64,000 bases of DNA from an uncultured Pirellulales bacterium (GCA_964635075.1 CAZWMN010000009.1:7269-71268), one strand, 5' to 3'. Counted from the stretch's first letter, positions 49,364 through 58,660 are shown. Notes: a model not told the origin generated them from the sequence alone. Numbers and translations are program-made.

Positions 49364-49424
49364 AGCTCTCCCCCTGCAAAGGGGGAGTACGGCGAAGCCG
49401 GGAGGGGGTGTCATTCATCCCGCC
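49364..49424. repeat. 62-bp direct repeat partner flanking the DUF559 gene
   Basis: agctctccccctgcaaagggggagtacggcgaagccgggagggggtgtcattcatcccgcc matches 48901-48962. Confidence 0.85.
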
Positions 49425-49483
49425 AAAAGTGAACCTCACTTTCTAGATCCATCCAAAACAATATCATATTCTTTCGAAATTGC

Positions 49484-50257
49484 TTACAATCCCTCGAAGC
49501 CACATCGCAGACGATGTCGTTGCAAAAACTCTGGTTTTGGTAAATGTTCAATGGGTTTCCTAAACTGTTTGGTATTGTTTAATAAAACTATAATAAACTG
49601 ACTTGCGCGAGGATATTTCTTCAAAATCGTAAGATCATCTGAAAGAGATAAATATCCCTTTTCAAATAACGCATCATGAAATTTACAAAGGCACATGATA
49701 TTCGACAAGAAACCCCGACACTCCGCATCCTCTGCCCAACCTACAACGTGACTGGTCACCAATAAGGAAACATCATTCACATCACATAAGGCGCATGTTG
49801 AAGAATAATTTATTAGTGTTAACTCCCTGAGCCTATCCTGCCCTCGTCGTCTACGTGATATGGCAAGTTCATCTCCAGTGTCGATGCATCCAATTCGCAG
49901 ACGGTTTGCTTTTACTAAAGAATCAATCCCTTCATCAGTTCCTTCGAAAGTCTCAATATCTACAATATCTACGGATGTTCGTATCTTCTCCCTGCCCTTA
50001 GACGTAATGTGCCATACACGGCGAGCCTTCTCGACATATCCTAATTTTACCATATATCTATTTACCACTTCACGCAAACTTGCGCGTCCTTGTTCAGAAA
50101 GTTGTTGACCTATACGCTTCTCCATGGCTTGATAAATGTCAGCCATTTTCGCGTCTCCCCCATTGTTTTCGATTGCATGAAGAACTACAGGAACTTGATC
50201 TTGCCGGGAAAACCCGGCTTCCGATGCAGTTACTCCATATTGTTGTGTTGGGCTCAT
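49484..50257 (-). CDS. HNH_2-type endonuclease with N-terminal winged-helix (Mrr_N-like) domain
   Basis: CALCDV...LLVTSHVVGW...NIMCLCKFHDALFEKGYL fits the PF13391-type HNH. The N-terminal region resembles Mrr N-terminal wHTH. Confidence 0.65.
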   Translation of the reverse strand: MSPTQQYGVTASEAGFSRQDQVPVVLHAIENNGGDAKMADIYQAMEKRIGQQLSEQGRASLREVVNRYMVKLGYVEKARRVWHITSKGREKIRTSVDIVDIETFEGTDEGIDSLVKANRLRIGCIDTGDELAISRRRRGQDRLRELTLINYSSTCALCDVNDVSLLVTSHVVGWAEDAECRGFLSNIMCLCKFHDALFEKGYLSLSDDLTILKKYPRASQFIIVLLNNTKQFRKPIEHLPKPEFLQRHRLRCGFEGL

Positions 50258-50274
50258 GTTTCAACCTTTTTGTG

Positions 50275-50403
50275 TTAAGTTTTTGCACGATTGCGGTTGC
50301 TGTTAAACGGCGGGTCAATATAAATCAAATCCACGCACTCGCCCGGCAGCTTCTTCAATTGTTCCAGATTATCCCCGCAATACACCACCCGCGTATCAAC
50401 CAC
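50275..50403 (-). pseudogene. N-terminal stub of a beta-class N6/N4 DNA methyltransferase
   Basis: VYCGDNLEQLKKLPGECVDLIYIDPPFNS carries motif IV (DPPF). It is followed by a stop after 9 more codons, so the rest of the methyltransferase is missing. Confidence 0.55.
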
Positions 50404-50590
50404 CGCCGACGGCTTGCCCGTATGTAGCACAGTCTCCTGTAGCACAGCCGCCCCCGGCTGTGATATTTCCGATGAAATAGGAGCCGTCTGATGTAGGGGC
50501 AGACCCCCGTGTCTGCCCGAATGGGCCTTTTGCCCTTTAACTTTTGCCTTTTTTTCTACTGCCTTCTTCTTCGCCATTTTGTATTCCCTT

Positions 50591-50614
50591 GTCATTCTGG
50601 ATTTAATCCAGAAC
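50591..50614. repeat. short palindromic repeat, ATTC-N-GAAT family variant
   Basis: gtcattctggatttaatccagaac. Confidence 0.7.
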
Positions 50615-50660
50615 CCAAACTATACTGCCTGCTGGCTACTGCCTTCTCCCCTTTTCTTTC

Positions 50661-50699
50661 AATCATCAATCGAAAATCGTCAATCGTCAATCGTCAATT
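50661..50699. repeat. heptamer tandem repeat (aatcRtc)n
   Basis: aatcatc aatcgaa aatcgtc aatcgtc aatcgtc aatt. This is the reverse complement of the (attgacg)n tract at 62264-62298. Confidence 0.85.
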
Positions 50700-50899
50700 C
50701 TACCCCTTCAGTCTAAACCATTCAGCCCAATTTGCAAGTGCCCATCGTCAAAAAACTGTCGTTTTGGACTTGATCTCAAATCAAGAATTAAATTCCGTAG
50801 GAACAAACTGTAGTAATCTATGGTGTTATTCTCTGGAAACCCATTCTTTCTCACTTAAATAAATCCTTATGTTTCCAATCATGCAGTCATTTGATATCA

Positions 50900-53125
50900 T
50901 TAAGCGTTTTCTTGAGGGCGATAATGTACACTTAAAATACTATATGGATATTCATTTCTATCAATATTGACACCTATTATCAAACAACTATGTACATGGC
51001 TCTTAGAGAATATATTATCTGCAAGATTATTCATGTAATTATATCGGTTCTCTTTATTTGCCTCTCGGTATGCTACTAATGCTACCGCCTCATCCCTCCA
51101 ATTAGCTGGCAAGCAAACCGCTGAGTTTATATGCTCAGGTGTCTGCCAATTCTTCTTGACATGTTTCTTTATTGACTTGAAATTTTTAGTTATATTTAGT
51201 TGGTCATCAGGGCTTATATTGAGAAGCATAACAGATGCTTCCAACCAGCTATGGGGTGCTACTTGCTCAATTCTTCTTCGTATATCAGACCACCACTTAG
51301 TTATTCTCAAGCTTGGCTTCTTAATGTGTTCGTCCCGCGCTAATGCGATATAATAATCATCGATATCTTTCGATATTCCTGTAAGCATCAACCTAGTCTT
51401 GCCAATTTCAACGTCTCCAATATTCAATCCTGTCTCGAGATATAGTCCAAGTAAATCTAATTCGTCCCCATGATATATGGCTTTCCCTTCAAGTTCAGTC
51501 CGACGCATTAGATAGTGAATTATTTCACTGCTGGTAAGCAAATCAAATATAACTTGTAAATCTGCCAATAATATCGTTGGTGCAACCGGTAAACAGTCAA
51601 TTAGCCACCCTGTTTTTTTGATTTGCATGATATTGGTTTGTATTGTTGCAAACTGTTCCAATGTGACAGAAAGTCGAATATATTTATGAATGTTATTAAT
51701 GTTAAAGGGCAATTGTTTGCCAAGAGCATCTTCGCTATGGATAGTTTTAAACTTCTTAATCCTTTCAAATAGACGATACGATTGATTTGAAGGTTCAATT
51801 ACAAGCTCTTCAATATGTTGCTTTACTCTTTTTGGCGCACCTCTTAAAGCAGGCTTAGAGATTCTTCCAGATTTTGCTTCGATGAATATAAGATAAGAAT
51901 CTATTTGGACTATAAGATCGTTTTCATATTGTATTCCCGACTCAACCCATTTGAAATTCTTTATTATTTTGCTCTTTGGAAAGGTTTTCTGGAAAAGCTC
52001 ATATATTTCTTCTTCTAAGAACTGTGCCCTGCGAGTATTGATTTTCTTTCTAGCCTCTTCGTTATCAACTATCAAACCGTCCATTATCTCAAAAATATAA
52101 CTAAAAAATACTTGGGGTATAGAACTGAAGTATTTACTGTCTGAAAGTTTCACAAAAGGCCTTGTCCAGACCGGATTGTCCATGAAAACATGTTCTCTGT
52201 CTGCATTTTTTAAGTCGCCAGGTTGAATGCTTAACTTCGTCAATATTCCATCAAGAATTCTTTTGTCTAATTTACATCTTAATGCAAGCTCTTTTGTCGA
52301 ATATGTGAAAAAGTCGGGAAGCCGAAGGTCAGAGTAACTCAAAATGAGTTGAAGAACACCTTCTAAGGGCATTTTCTTTACTTTAATAAATTCAATAAGT
52401 CTTTGTGGGGAATCTTTCATGCTTGGAAATATTTCATAATACTTTTTTACAACATTTTCAATTTCTTTCTCCTTGAATACTAAATGTAAACGATTCCGAT
52501 ATTCATTTACTTTGATTTCCATATCAGAAATCAACGTTTTAATTAATTCAATGATATTTGTTGCAGTTATACCATGTTGTTTTTCATATAGAGAGTCAAG
52601 CGGGGCATACATTTTTGTTGCGGTATCTATCACTTGTCTATAATGTCCCCAATTACGTACATATTGTGTATTCTGTCTTATATTTTCTTGTAAAGATAAA
52701 ACGGCTTTTTCTTGTTTCGTATTCGCTTGTTGTATTTGAACTAATCTTTTTTGAGAAAAAGAGGTTGATACTTTAATTAAAGAATCCCATATATCTTGGA
52801 TAAACTGTGGTTGTGCTGGAGTATATGATATTTTATCTTTTGGAAGACCTAATAAAAGTGCCTGTGCTATTTCTACATGTGCTTGAGTAAGCGGTTGAGC
52901 ATCGCCTTTCTTCCTTTTTTCTTCTTCGTTTACACCCCTAAATAGACCATATAAAGATAATACTGATAATAAATGTAACGGATCATAAGAGCTAAATAAA
53001 TTCAATAAGTGACCTAAAGTATCTGCGAATTCTTTTTCATAATCAAGGCCTGATTTTATCAAACTGTCCCTAAAGACTTCTTTCGGTACATCTTTAAATG
53101 GATTATCGTATTTATAAAACTTCAA
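50900..53125 (-). CDS. 741-aa uncharacterised protein with central PD-(D/E)xK/NERD-like motif
   Basis: Long, strongly AT-rich ORF with a TTG start and aaggtg SD. The core YENDLIVQIDSYLIFIEAKSGRI fits D...(D/E)xK. No P-loop and no TM segment. Confidence 0.75.
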   Translation of the reverse strand: MKFYKYDNPFKDVPKEVFRDSLIKSGLDYEKEFADTLGHLLNLFSSYDPLHLLSVLSLYGLFRGVNEEEKRKKGDAQPLTQAHVEIAQALLLGLPKDKISYTPAQPQFIQDIWDSLIKVSTSFSQKRLVQIQQANTKQEKAVLSLQENIRQNTQYVRNWGHYRQVIDTATKMYAPLDSLYEKQHGITATNIIELIKTLISDMEIKVNEYRNRLHLVFKEKEIENVVKKYYEIFPSMKDSPQRLIEFIKVKKMPLEGVLQLILSYSDLRLPDFFTYSTKELALRCKLDKRILDGILTKLSIQPGDLKNADREHVFMDNPVWTRPFVKLSDSKYFSSIPQVFFSYIFEIMDGLIVDNEEARKKINTRRAQFLEEEIYELFQKTFPKSKIIKNFKWVESGIQYENDLIVQIDSYLIFIEAKSGRISKPALRGAPKRVKQHIEELVIEPSNQSYRLFERIKKFKTIHSEDALGKQLPFNINNIHKYIRLSVTLEQFATIQTNIMQIKKTGWLIDCLPVAPTILLADLQVIFDLLTSSEIIHYLMRRTELEGKAIYHGDELDLLGLYLETGLNIGDVEIGKTRLMLTGISKDIDDYYIALARDEHIKKPSLRITKWWSDIRRRIEQVAPHSWLEASVMLLNISPDDQLNITKNFKSIKKHVKKNWQTPEHINSAVCLPANWRDEAVALVAYREANKENRYNYMNNLADNIFSKSHVHSCLIIGVNIDRNEYPYSILSVHYRPQENA

Positions 53126-53259
53126 ATTGACACCTTCGAATCTTTAATTTTACATAAGGAAGGGAAATTTCCCGCACCCAATTTTCTCTGTTTTTTCTTG
53201 TCTCACCATAGCTTCAGCGACGGCGGACTTGTCCTTCGTAGCCTTGTGCGAAGAAGGAT

Positions 53260-54380
53260 CGCCCAATTTTTCTTTTTATTTTTCTTGTCCGACTCGTCCC
53301 ACATGTCCGACCTGTCCGAAAAGTCCGACTTTTACTTTTTTCCCTTGCGCCACCGACGATGATTTTCCCGCACACCTTTCGCCCATATTATACCCTATTT
53401 CTCTCTTTTTCAAACCCCCTTTTTCCCACTTTTGCCGTCTCGCTCGGACCGGCGGGCGGATGATTTCTCGCAGCATAACTATGGCTTAGCCACTTTTGGG
53501 CGGCTGATAAGCCGCAAGGAGGGAGATCGGTCTATTTTCAGCTTTCCGCTGCCGCGATAGCGGTATGGAACAATTTCTGCGGACAGCATAGAAGCTCGCT
53601 TCGAGAATGGCCGCGGGAATTGGGCTAAAGACGATTCGCAGAATCGCTGCGGAAAGCTCTCTGTGCCGCCCTGAGTCCTCTGAGGCAAAAAAATCCGTGA
53701 AAATCCGTGTTAATCCGTGGTTTATGTTATTTCGACACAAGTGCGATTGCACAATCTTGCTATCTCTAAAAATTCCATAAATTTTCTTCTCATTGTCTCA
53801 CAAGCACTTACGTTTCGCGTTAGCGTCCCGGCGCGCCGGGGTTCGACACGAACACGCAACTCCGCCCTATATAGGAGGCGCCTCTTTTGCGCCCCAGAAA
53901 GGAGCATGACATGTCACAGTGATTTCATCAACCGCGGCTTGTCCGCTCAATGCGATTGAATAATCATTAATCATTTATCACTAATCATTTGATAGCGCAG
54001 CGATGCCGCGCGCACCCACTACAAAACAGGTTTTAAAATGCTGTCAAAAGTGAGTCAAAATATGACAAAAAAAGCCAATTCAAACCGACTTGTCGCGACA
54101 AGTCGTCCCGAATCCCCTTTATGGGGTGAGGGACCTGATGATCTCAGTCGTCGGCTCTGCCGACTCCATACTTTCTTGTCCCGCCATAGCCTTGGCGACG
54201 GCGGATGCCATTTTCTTTTTCCCTTTTTACTTATCTCTGTGCAATCTGTGGAATCTGTGGTTCCGTCTGTTTTTACCAAACAAACCCAATTTTTTCACGA
54301 CCAAATATGCGTTATCAATATCAAAAACGCAGAAATGAAGGCCAAAAACCGACCCAAAAAAACGAAACGAACCCAATTAT
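53260..54380. repeat. left arm of about 1.1-kb imperfect inverted repeat (noncoding, modular)
   Basis: Blocks in the order a-f mirror blocks at 57615-58660. Examples are gatgccgcgcgcacccactacaaaacaggttttaaaatgctgtcaaaagtgagtcaaaatatgacaaaaaaagccaattcaaacc and ...ttccgcagcgattctgcgaatc.... Confidence 0.8.
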
Positions 54381-54388
54381 GGATAACT

Positions 54389-54652
54389 TTACTTGTATCC
54401 TTCGACGTGATTTTGGGTATATTTTTCTATCGCTTTTTCCAGGTCCACATCGTTGACATTGGCTAATGTACACAGCCAAGCCAAGACATCGGCGAATTCT
54501 TCTTCTTTGTTTTTGTGGTCGTCACCGGTCAATGCCGTCGCCAACTCGCCGACTTCTTCGACAAACCACATAAACGTCGCCGCGGTACCGCGCTCGCGGT
54601 CACGCTTGCCGTATTTTTTATCGATAAAATTTTGAAATTCGCGCAGTTCCAT
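54389..54652 (-). CDS. MazG-like nucleotide pyrophosphohydrolase (small, single domain)
   Basis: EEVGELATAL and EEFADVLAWLCTLA metal-binding helices. Start taken at MELREFQ. Confidence 0.7.
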   Translation of the reverse strand: MELREFQNFIDKKYGKRDRERGTAATFMWFVEEVGELATALTGDDHKNKEEEFADVLAWLCTLANVNDVDLEKAIEKYTQNHVEGYK

Positions 54653-54809
54653 AATTGTTTTTCCCACGGCCAAGCTTATCCTGCCCACGCAAGTCCTTCG
54701 ACAGGCTCAGCGACTGTCTTAAAAATCAAGCGATTTTTATTAAATTCGGAATCCGAAGCACGAAATCCGAAACAAATTCAAAATCTGAAATAACCCAAAT
54801 TCAAAACAT

Positions 54810-54837
54810 CTGGATTCCGGGTCAAGCCCGGAATGAC
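54810..54837. repeat. short palindromic repeat, ATTCC-N-GGAAT family
   Basis: ctggattccgggtcaagcccggaatgac. Confidence 0.8.
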
Positions 54838-54953
54838 AATGAGGAAACACAGATTCTTTGTTTGAAAGTAAAAACGAAAAAACAGGTGGGCTAAATGCCC
54901 ACCCGACATTAGTCAAAACAGTTGTGATGCCGCGATACGAATGGCCCGGGTAC

Positions 54954-55355
54954 TTATTCCCAGCCGAGCATCTTGCTGAGTTTTGCTCTTTCGTAAATCG
55001 CTTTCACCTCGTCGGTGGCCCTGCGGCAGACTTCTTCCATCTTCATACTGAACGGAGCATTGTTAGTCTGCTCGGCCAGGTGCAGATGACTGTGCAGCGG
55101 GCCATCGACCGCTTCAATGATTTCCAGCAGCGTGATGCTTTCAGCCGGGCGGGCCAGGAAAAATCCGCCTCGCGGGCCGCGCTTGCTGCGAAGCACATTG
55201 GCCCGAACCAGTTGTTGCAGAATCTTGAGCAGGTATTCAAGCGGAATGGTGTATTCCTTGGAAACCCGGGCCGCCAAAACCGCACCTTCTTTGTAGTTCA
55301 TTGCGATGTAGCCGACCGCCACGAGAGCATAACCAGTGGATCTGCTGATTTTCAT
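54954..55355 (-). CDS. Rrf2-family transcriptional regulator
   Basis: MKISRSTGYALVAVGYIA... wHTH start typical of Rrf2/IscR/CymR. It is divergent from metX. Confidence 0.85.
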   Translation of the reverse strand: MKISRSTGYALVAVGYIAMNYKEGAVLAARVSKEYTIPLEYLLKILQQLVRANVLRSKRGPRGGFFLARPAESITLLEIIEAVDGPLHSHLHLAEQTNNAPFSMKMEEVCRRATDEVKAIYERAKLSKMLGWE

Positions 55356-55799
55356 ATTCAGACCTCCTGAATATATTGAAAGTTATGTGGTTCGTTTCGC
55401 CGATTGTTTTTCTACTATCGGACCTTGTATTCTATCTATTCTATGCCATTTTCCACGACAGAGATTCTACACATTCTGTCTTACCTGCCTCTGTATAGTA
55501 CAATTATCAGAAAAAAGTTCAAGAGTAGCAAGGGAAATTTTATCGAAAAACAAAAATTTTGATTAAAAAGACTATGTATATCTCGTATGGTAAAATGAGT
55601 CATATAAGATGTAAGGCGAATTTCACTGCAATTTTTGAAGCCAAAACCATCATTTTTTCATTAAAAAACGAGGTTTATGAGAAAACAAGCAAATTTGAGC
55701 TACACTTTCATTTGGGCATATAGGAGGGGTCGAGAGGCATCCTTGTTCTCTTTCATTAAGCCCTTTACAAGATGTTATAGAGCATTTACAATTTCCCGG

Positions 55800-57611
55800 A
55801 TGGAAAAAGACCTGAAAAACTCTGTTGGCGTTGTTGAAAGCTACAAGGTTCGCGTGGTGGAGCAGAACAGTCCGCTCGTTCTGCAAAGCGGTAAGACACT
55901 GGGCCCCATCGATGTAGTTTATGAAACCTACGGACAGCTAAGCCCTGACAAAGATAATGCGGTTTTGATTTGCCATGCGTTGTCCGGCGATGCCCATGTC
56001 GCCGGCTATCACAGTCCCGGCGACCGCAAAGCCGGCTGGTGGGATATTATGATTGGGCCGGGCAAACCCATTGATACCAACAAGTACTTTGTCATCTGCT
56101 CCAATTTTCTGGGCGGATGCAGCGGCACGACGGGACCGTCGGATATCAACCCGGCAACGGGAAAACCTTATGGTCTGGACTTTCCGATTATCACCATCGA
56201 AGACATTGTAAAAGTTCAGAAACTTCTATTGGACAAACTCGGCATCTCGCGTCTGCTTTCCGTCATCGGCGGTTCGATGGGCGGAATGCAGGTGCTGCAA
56301 TGGGCGATTGCGTATCCGGAGTTTGTGGATTCGGCGATGTGCATCGCGGGCACGACACGGCTGAACACGCAGTCCATCGCGTTTGACGCGGTGGGGCGAA
56401 ACGCCATTCTGGCCGACCCGAATTTCAATAATGGCCAATACCACGGCAGCGAAGCTCCCGCCCGCGGCTTAGGCATCGCCCGGATGATCGGGCATATTAC
56501 GTATTTGTCCGAACAGTCCATGCGCGAAAAATTCGGACGCCAGCTCTACGACGCGGAAAAGTACAAATATGATTTTGATTCCGAATTCGCCGTGGAGACT
56601 TATCTGGATTATCAGGGACAGAGTTTTGTCGAACGGTTTGACGCTAACAGCTATCTATATATCACCAAGGCGATGGACTATTTTGACCTGAACCGTGAGT
56701 ATGGCTCGGTTCGCAGCGCCTTTGCCGGGACGCGCAGCCGGTTTCTGGTCATCAGTTTTTCGAGCGACTGGCTGTTTCCGTCGGCGCAGTCCGAGGAAAT
56801 TGTCGAGGCGCTGAGCGCCGAAGGCAAGGACGTGACCTACTGCAATATCCACTCTCCTTACGGACACGACGCCTTTCTGCTGGAGTGTCCGTTGCAGGAC
56901 AAGCTCATCGCGGGATTTCTTGAATTGACGCTGCATCGCATCCGCACGGGACAGAAATGTCTTTGTGAAAAAGCCCCGTCCAAGCGGCTTAAAGCCATCG
57001 AACGCTCCAAACGGGCGAGGGTGGATTATGAATTGATTGACGCGGTGATTGCATCAAACAGCCGGGTGCTGGATTTAGGCTGCGGCGACGGCGAACTGCT
57101 GGCCCGCCTCGTGACGGATAAAAATGTCGATGGGCTGGGCATTGAGCTGGACGAAGACCTTGTGGTGCATTGCGTCGGACGAGGCTTGTCGGTGCTGCAT
57201 CGGGATATCGAGCGGGGATTATCGCAGTTTGCCACCGACAGTTTTGATTACGTGATTCTGTCGCAGACTTTGCAGACGCTGCGCGACCCGGAAAAGGTCA
57301 TCAGGGAACTGCTTCGCGTCGGCAAGAAGGTGATTGTAAGCTTTCCCAATTTCGCCCACTGGGCGTGTCGGTTGCAGATGTTCTTTGGCGGTCGTGCGCC
57401 GCAGACGCGGCAGTTGCCGTTCCGCTGGCACAATTCGCCTAATATACATTTTCTGTCGCTCAAGGATTTTGACCGTTTTTGCGCCGAGTTGAATATTCAT
57501 ATCGAAAAGAAGATCCCACTGGGCCGATTCAGTACTGTAGCGGTCAGACTGCTGCCCAATCTGCTGGCTTCACAAGCCGTCTATATCACCAGCAAATACC
57601 AAAACGGGTAG
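55800..57611 (+). CDS. metX: homoserine O-acetyltransferase fused to MetW
   Basis: MetX alpha/beta-hydrolase part (GGSMGGMQVLQW nucleophile elbow, SDWLFP). It continues without a stop into a MetW-type methyltransferase-fold domain (VLDLGCGDGELLARL). Start taken at MEKDL. Confidence 0.9.
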   Translation: MEKDLKNSVGVVESYKVRVVEQNSPLVLQSGKTLGPIDVVYETYGQLSPDKDNAVLICHALSGDAHVAGYHSPGDRKAGWWDIMIGPGKPIDTNKYFVICSNFLGGCSGTTGPSDINPATGKPYGLDFPIITIEDIVKVQKLLLDKLGISRLLSVIGGSMGGMQVLQWAIAYPEFVDSAMCIAGTTRLNTQSIAFDAVGRNAILADPNFNNGQYHGSEAPARGLGIARMIGHITYLSEQSMREKFGRQLYDAEKYKYDFDSEFAVETYLDYQGQSFVERFDANSYLYITKAMDYFDLNREYGSVRSAFAGTRSRFLVISFSSDWLFPSAQSEEIVEALSAEGKDVTYCNIHSPYGHDAFLLECPLQDKLIAGFLELTLHRIRTGQKCLCEKAPSKRLKAIERSKRARVDYELIDAVIASNSRVLDLGCGDGELLARLVTDKNVDGLGIELDEDLVVHCVGRGLSVLHRDIERGLSQFATDSFDYVILSQTLQTLRDPEKVIRELLRVGKKVIVSFPNFAHWACRLQMFFGGRAPQTRQLPFRWHNSPNIHFLSLKDFDRFCAELNIHIEKKIPLGRFSTVAVRLLPNLLASQAVYITSKYQNG

Positions 57612-57614
57612 ATT

Positions 57615-58660
57615 TTCCTTTGGGCAAAATTGGGTTCGTTTCGTTTTTTTGGGTCGGTTTTTGGCCTCCATTTCCGCGTTTTTGATATTGATAACGCATA
57701 TTTGGTCGTGAAAAAATTGGGTTCGTTTTTTTTGAATAAACGAGAGACCAGAGATAAGAGATCAAGACCACGGTCAAACAATCCTTCGGCATTGCTCAGG
57801 ACAAGGTTTGGCCGTGCCACCCACCCCTTCAGGTCGTTGGGTTCGATTGGGTTTGAATTGGCTTTTTTTGTCATATTTTGACTCACTTTTGACACGTTTT
57901 TAAAATCTGTTTTGCAGTGGGTGCGCGCGGCATCTATGAGATGCTCTGCGAGAAGCCAGAAGCCAGTAGTCTGAAGTCAGAATATGGTCGGCCTGCGGCC
58001 GGGCTGATCTTACACAGTACTATGACACGTCAAACTCCTTCAAAATAGTTTTTAGTTTTGAGTTTCTGGATTCCCGCCTGTGCGGGAATGACAGCACCAC
58101 AAGACGCAACCTATGCGTCTCCTATATGGGGCGGACTTGCACGGCGGTGTCGAAAATTCGTGATTTTTCGGGGGCAGAAAAGCCGTAAGTCGTTATCGGA
58201 TAGAGAGTTAAAAATTTTTAGAATTTTCAGGAATAGCAGGATAGTGCAATCGCTATTAGAACCGAGCGAATAGTTGATAGTGAATAGAAAAAGAGGATTT
58301 TAGACGGGATTTACAGGATAAACAAGATTTTTTGCCACCGAGGGCGCAGAGCGGCACAGAGAGCTTTCCGCAGCGATTCTGCGAATCTTCTTTGGCTCCA
58401 TTTCCGCGGCTTTACTCCAAACGAGTTTGTCTGTCAGCCCCAAAAACGGTTCCATCCCGCTGTCGGATTCGGCAGGCTCACCACAGGCGCGGCAGCGGAA
58501 AGCGGAAAATTGTATATTGATAATCCCTTGGGGATAAATTGTAGATTGTAAAATGTAGAGGAAGATTGTATAATTTAGGGGAAATCGGTTTTTGGCATAT
58601 TTAAGAATCATCTTTGATCAGCAGGGCGAAAGAAAAAAGTTAAAAGAAAATTGGGCGAGA
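57615..58660. repeat. right arm of about 1.1-kb imperfect inverted repeat
   Basis: Reverse-complement blocks of 53260-54380 in mirrored order. It also contains one ATTCCC-N8-GGGAAT palindrome (58066-58092) that is absent from the left arm. Confidence 0.8.
58546..58574 (+). promoter_or_regulatory. sigma-70-type promoter candidate with extended -10
   Basis: TTGTAA, a 17-nt spacer ending in TG, then TATAAT. It lies about 175 nt upstream of the 58751 ORF. A homologous gtataat lies in the left arm (53387-53392, minus strand) facing the 741-aa gene. Confidence 0.45.

Noticed and set aside
53229-53959. Small ORFs inside the left arm (for example 53479-53688) that share peptide strings such as TESFPQRFCESSLA with ORF 58332-58520 in the right arm
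   Set aside because: The similarity follows from the inverted DNA repeat itself. The ORFs lack RBS, are interrupted differently in each arm, and overlap other frames. I treat them as noncoding repeat sequence.
55356-55799. Looked for a SAM-type riboswitch upstream of metXW
   Set aside because: No SAM-I, SAM-II or SAM/SAH-like conserved strings were seen by eye. An Rfam scan would be needed to exclude this formally.
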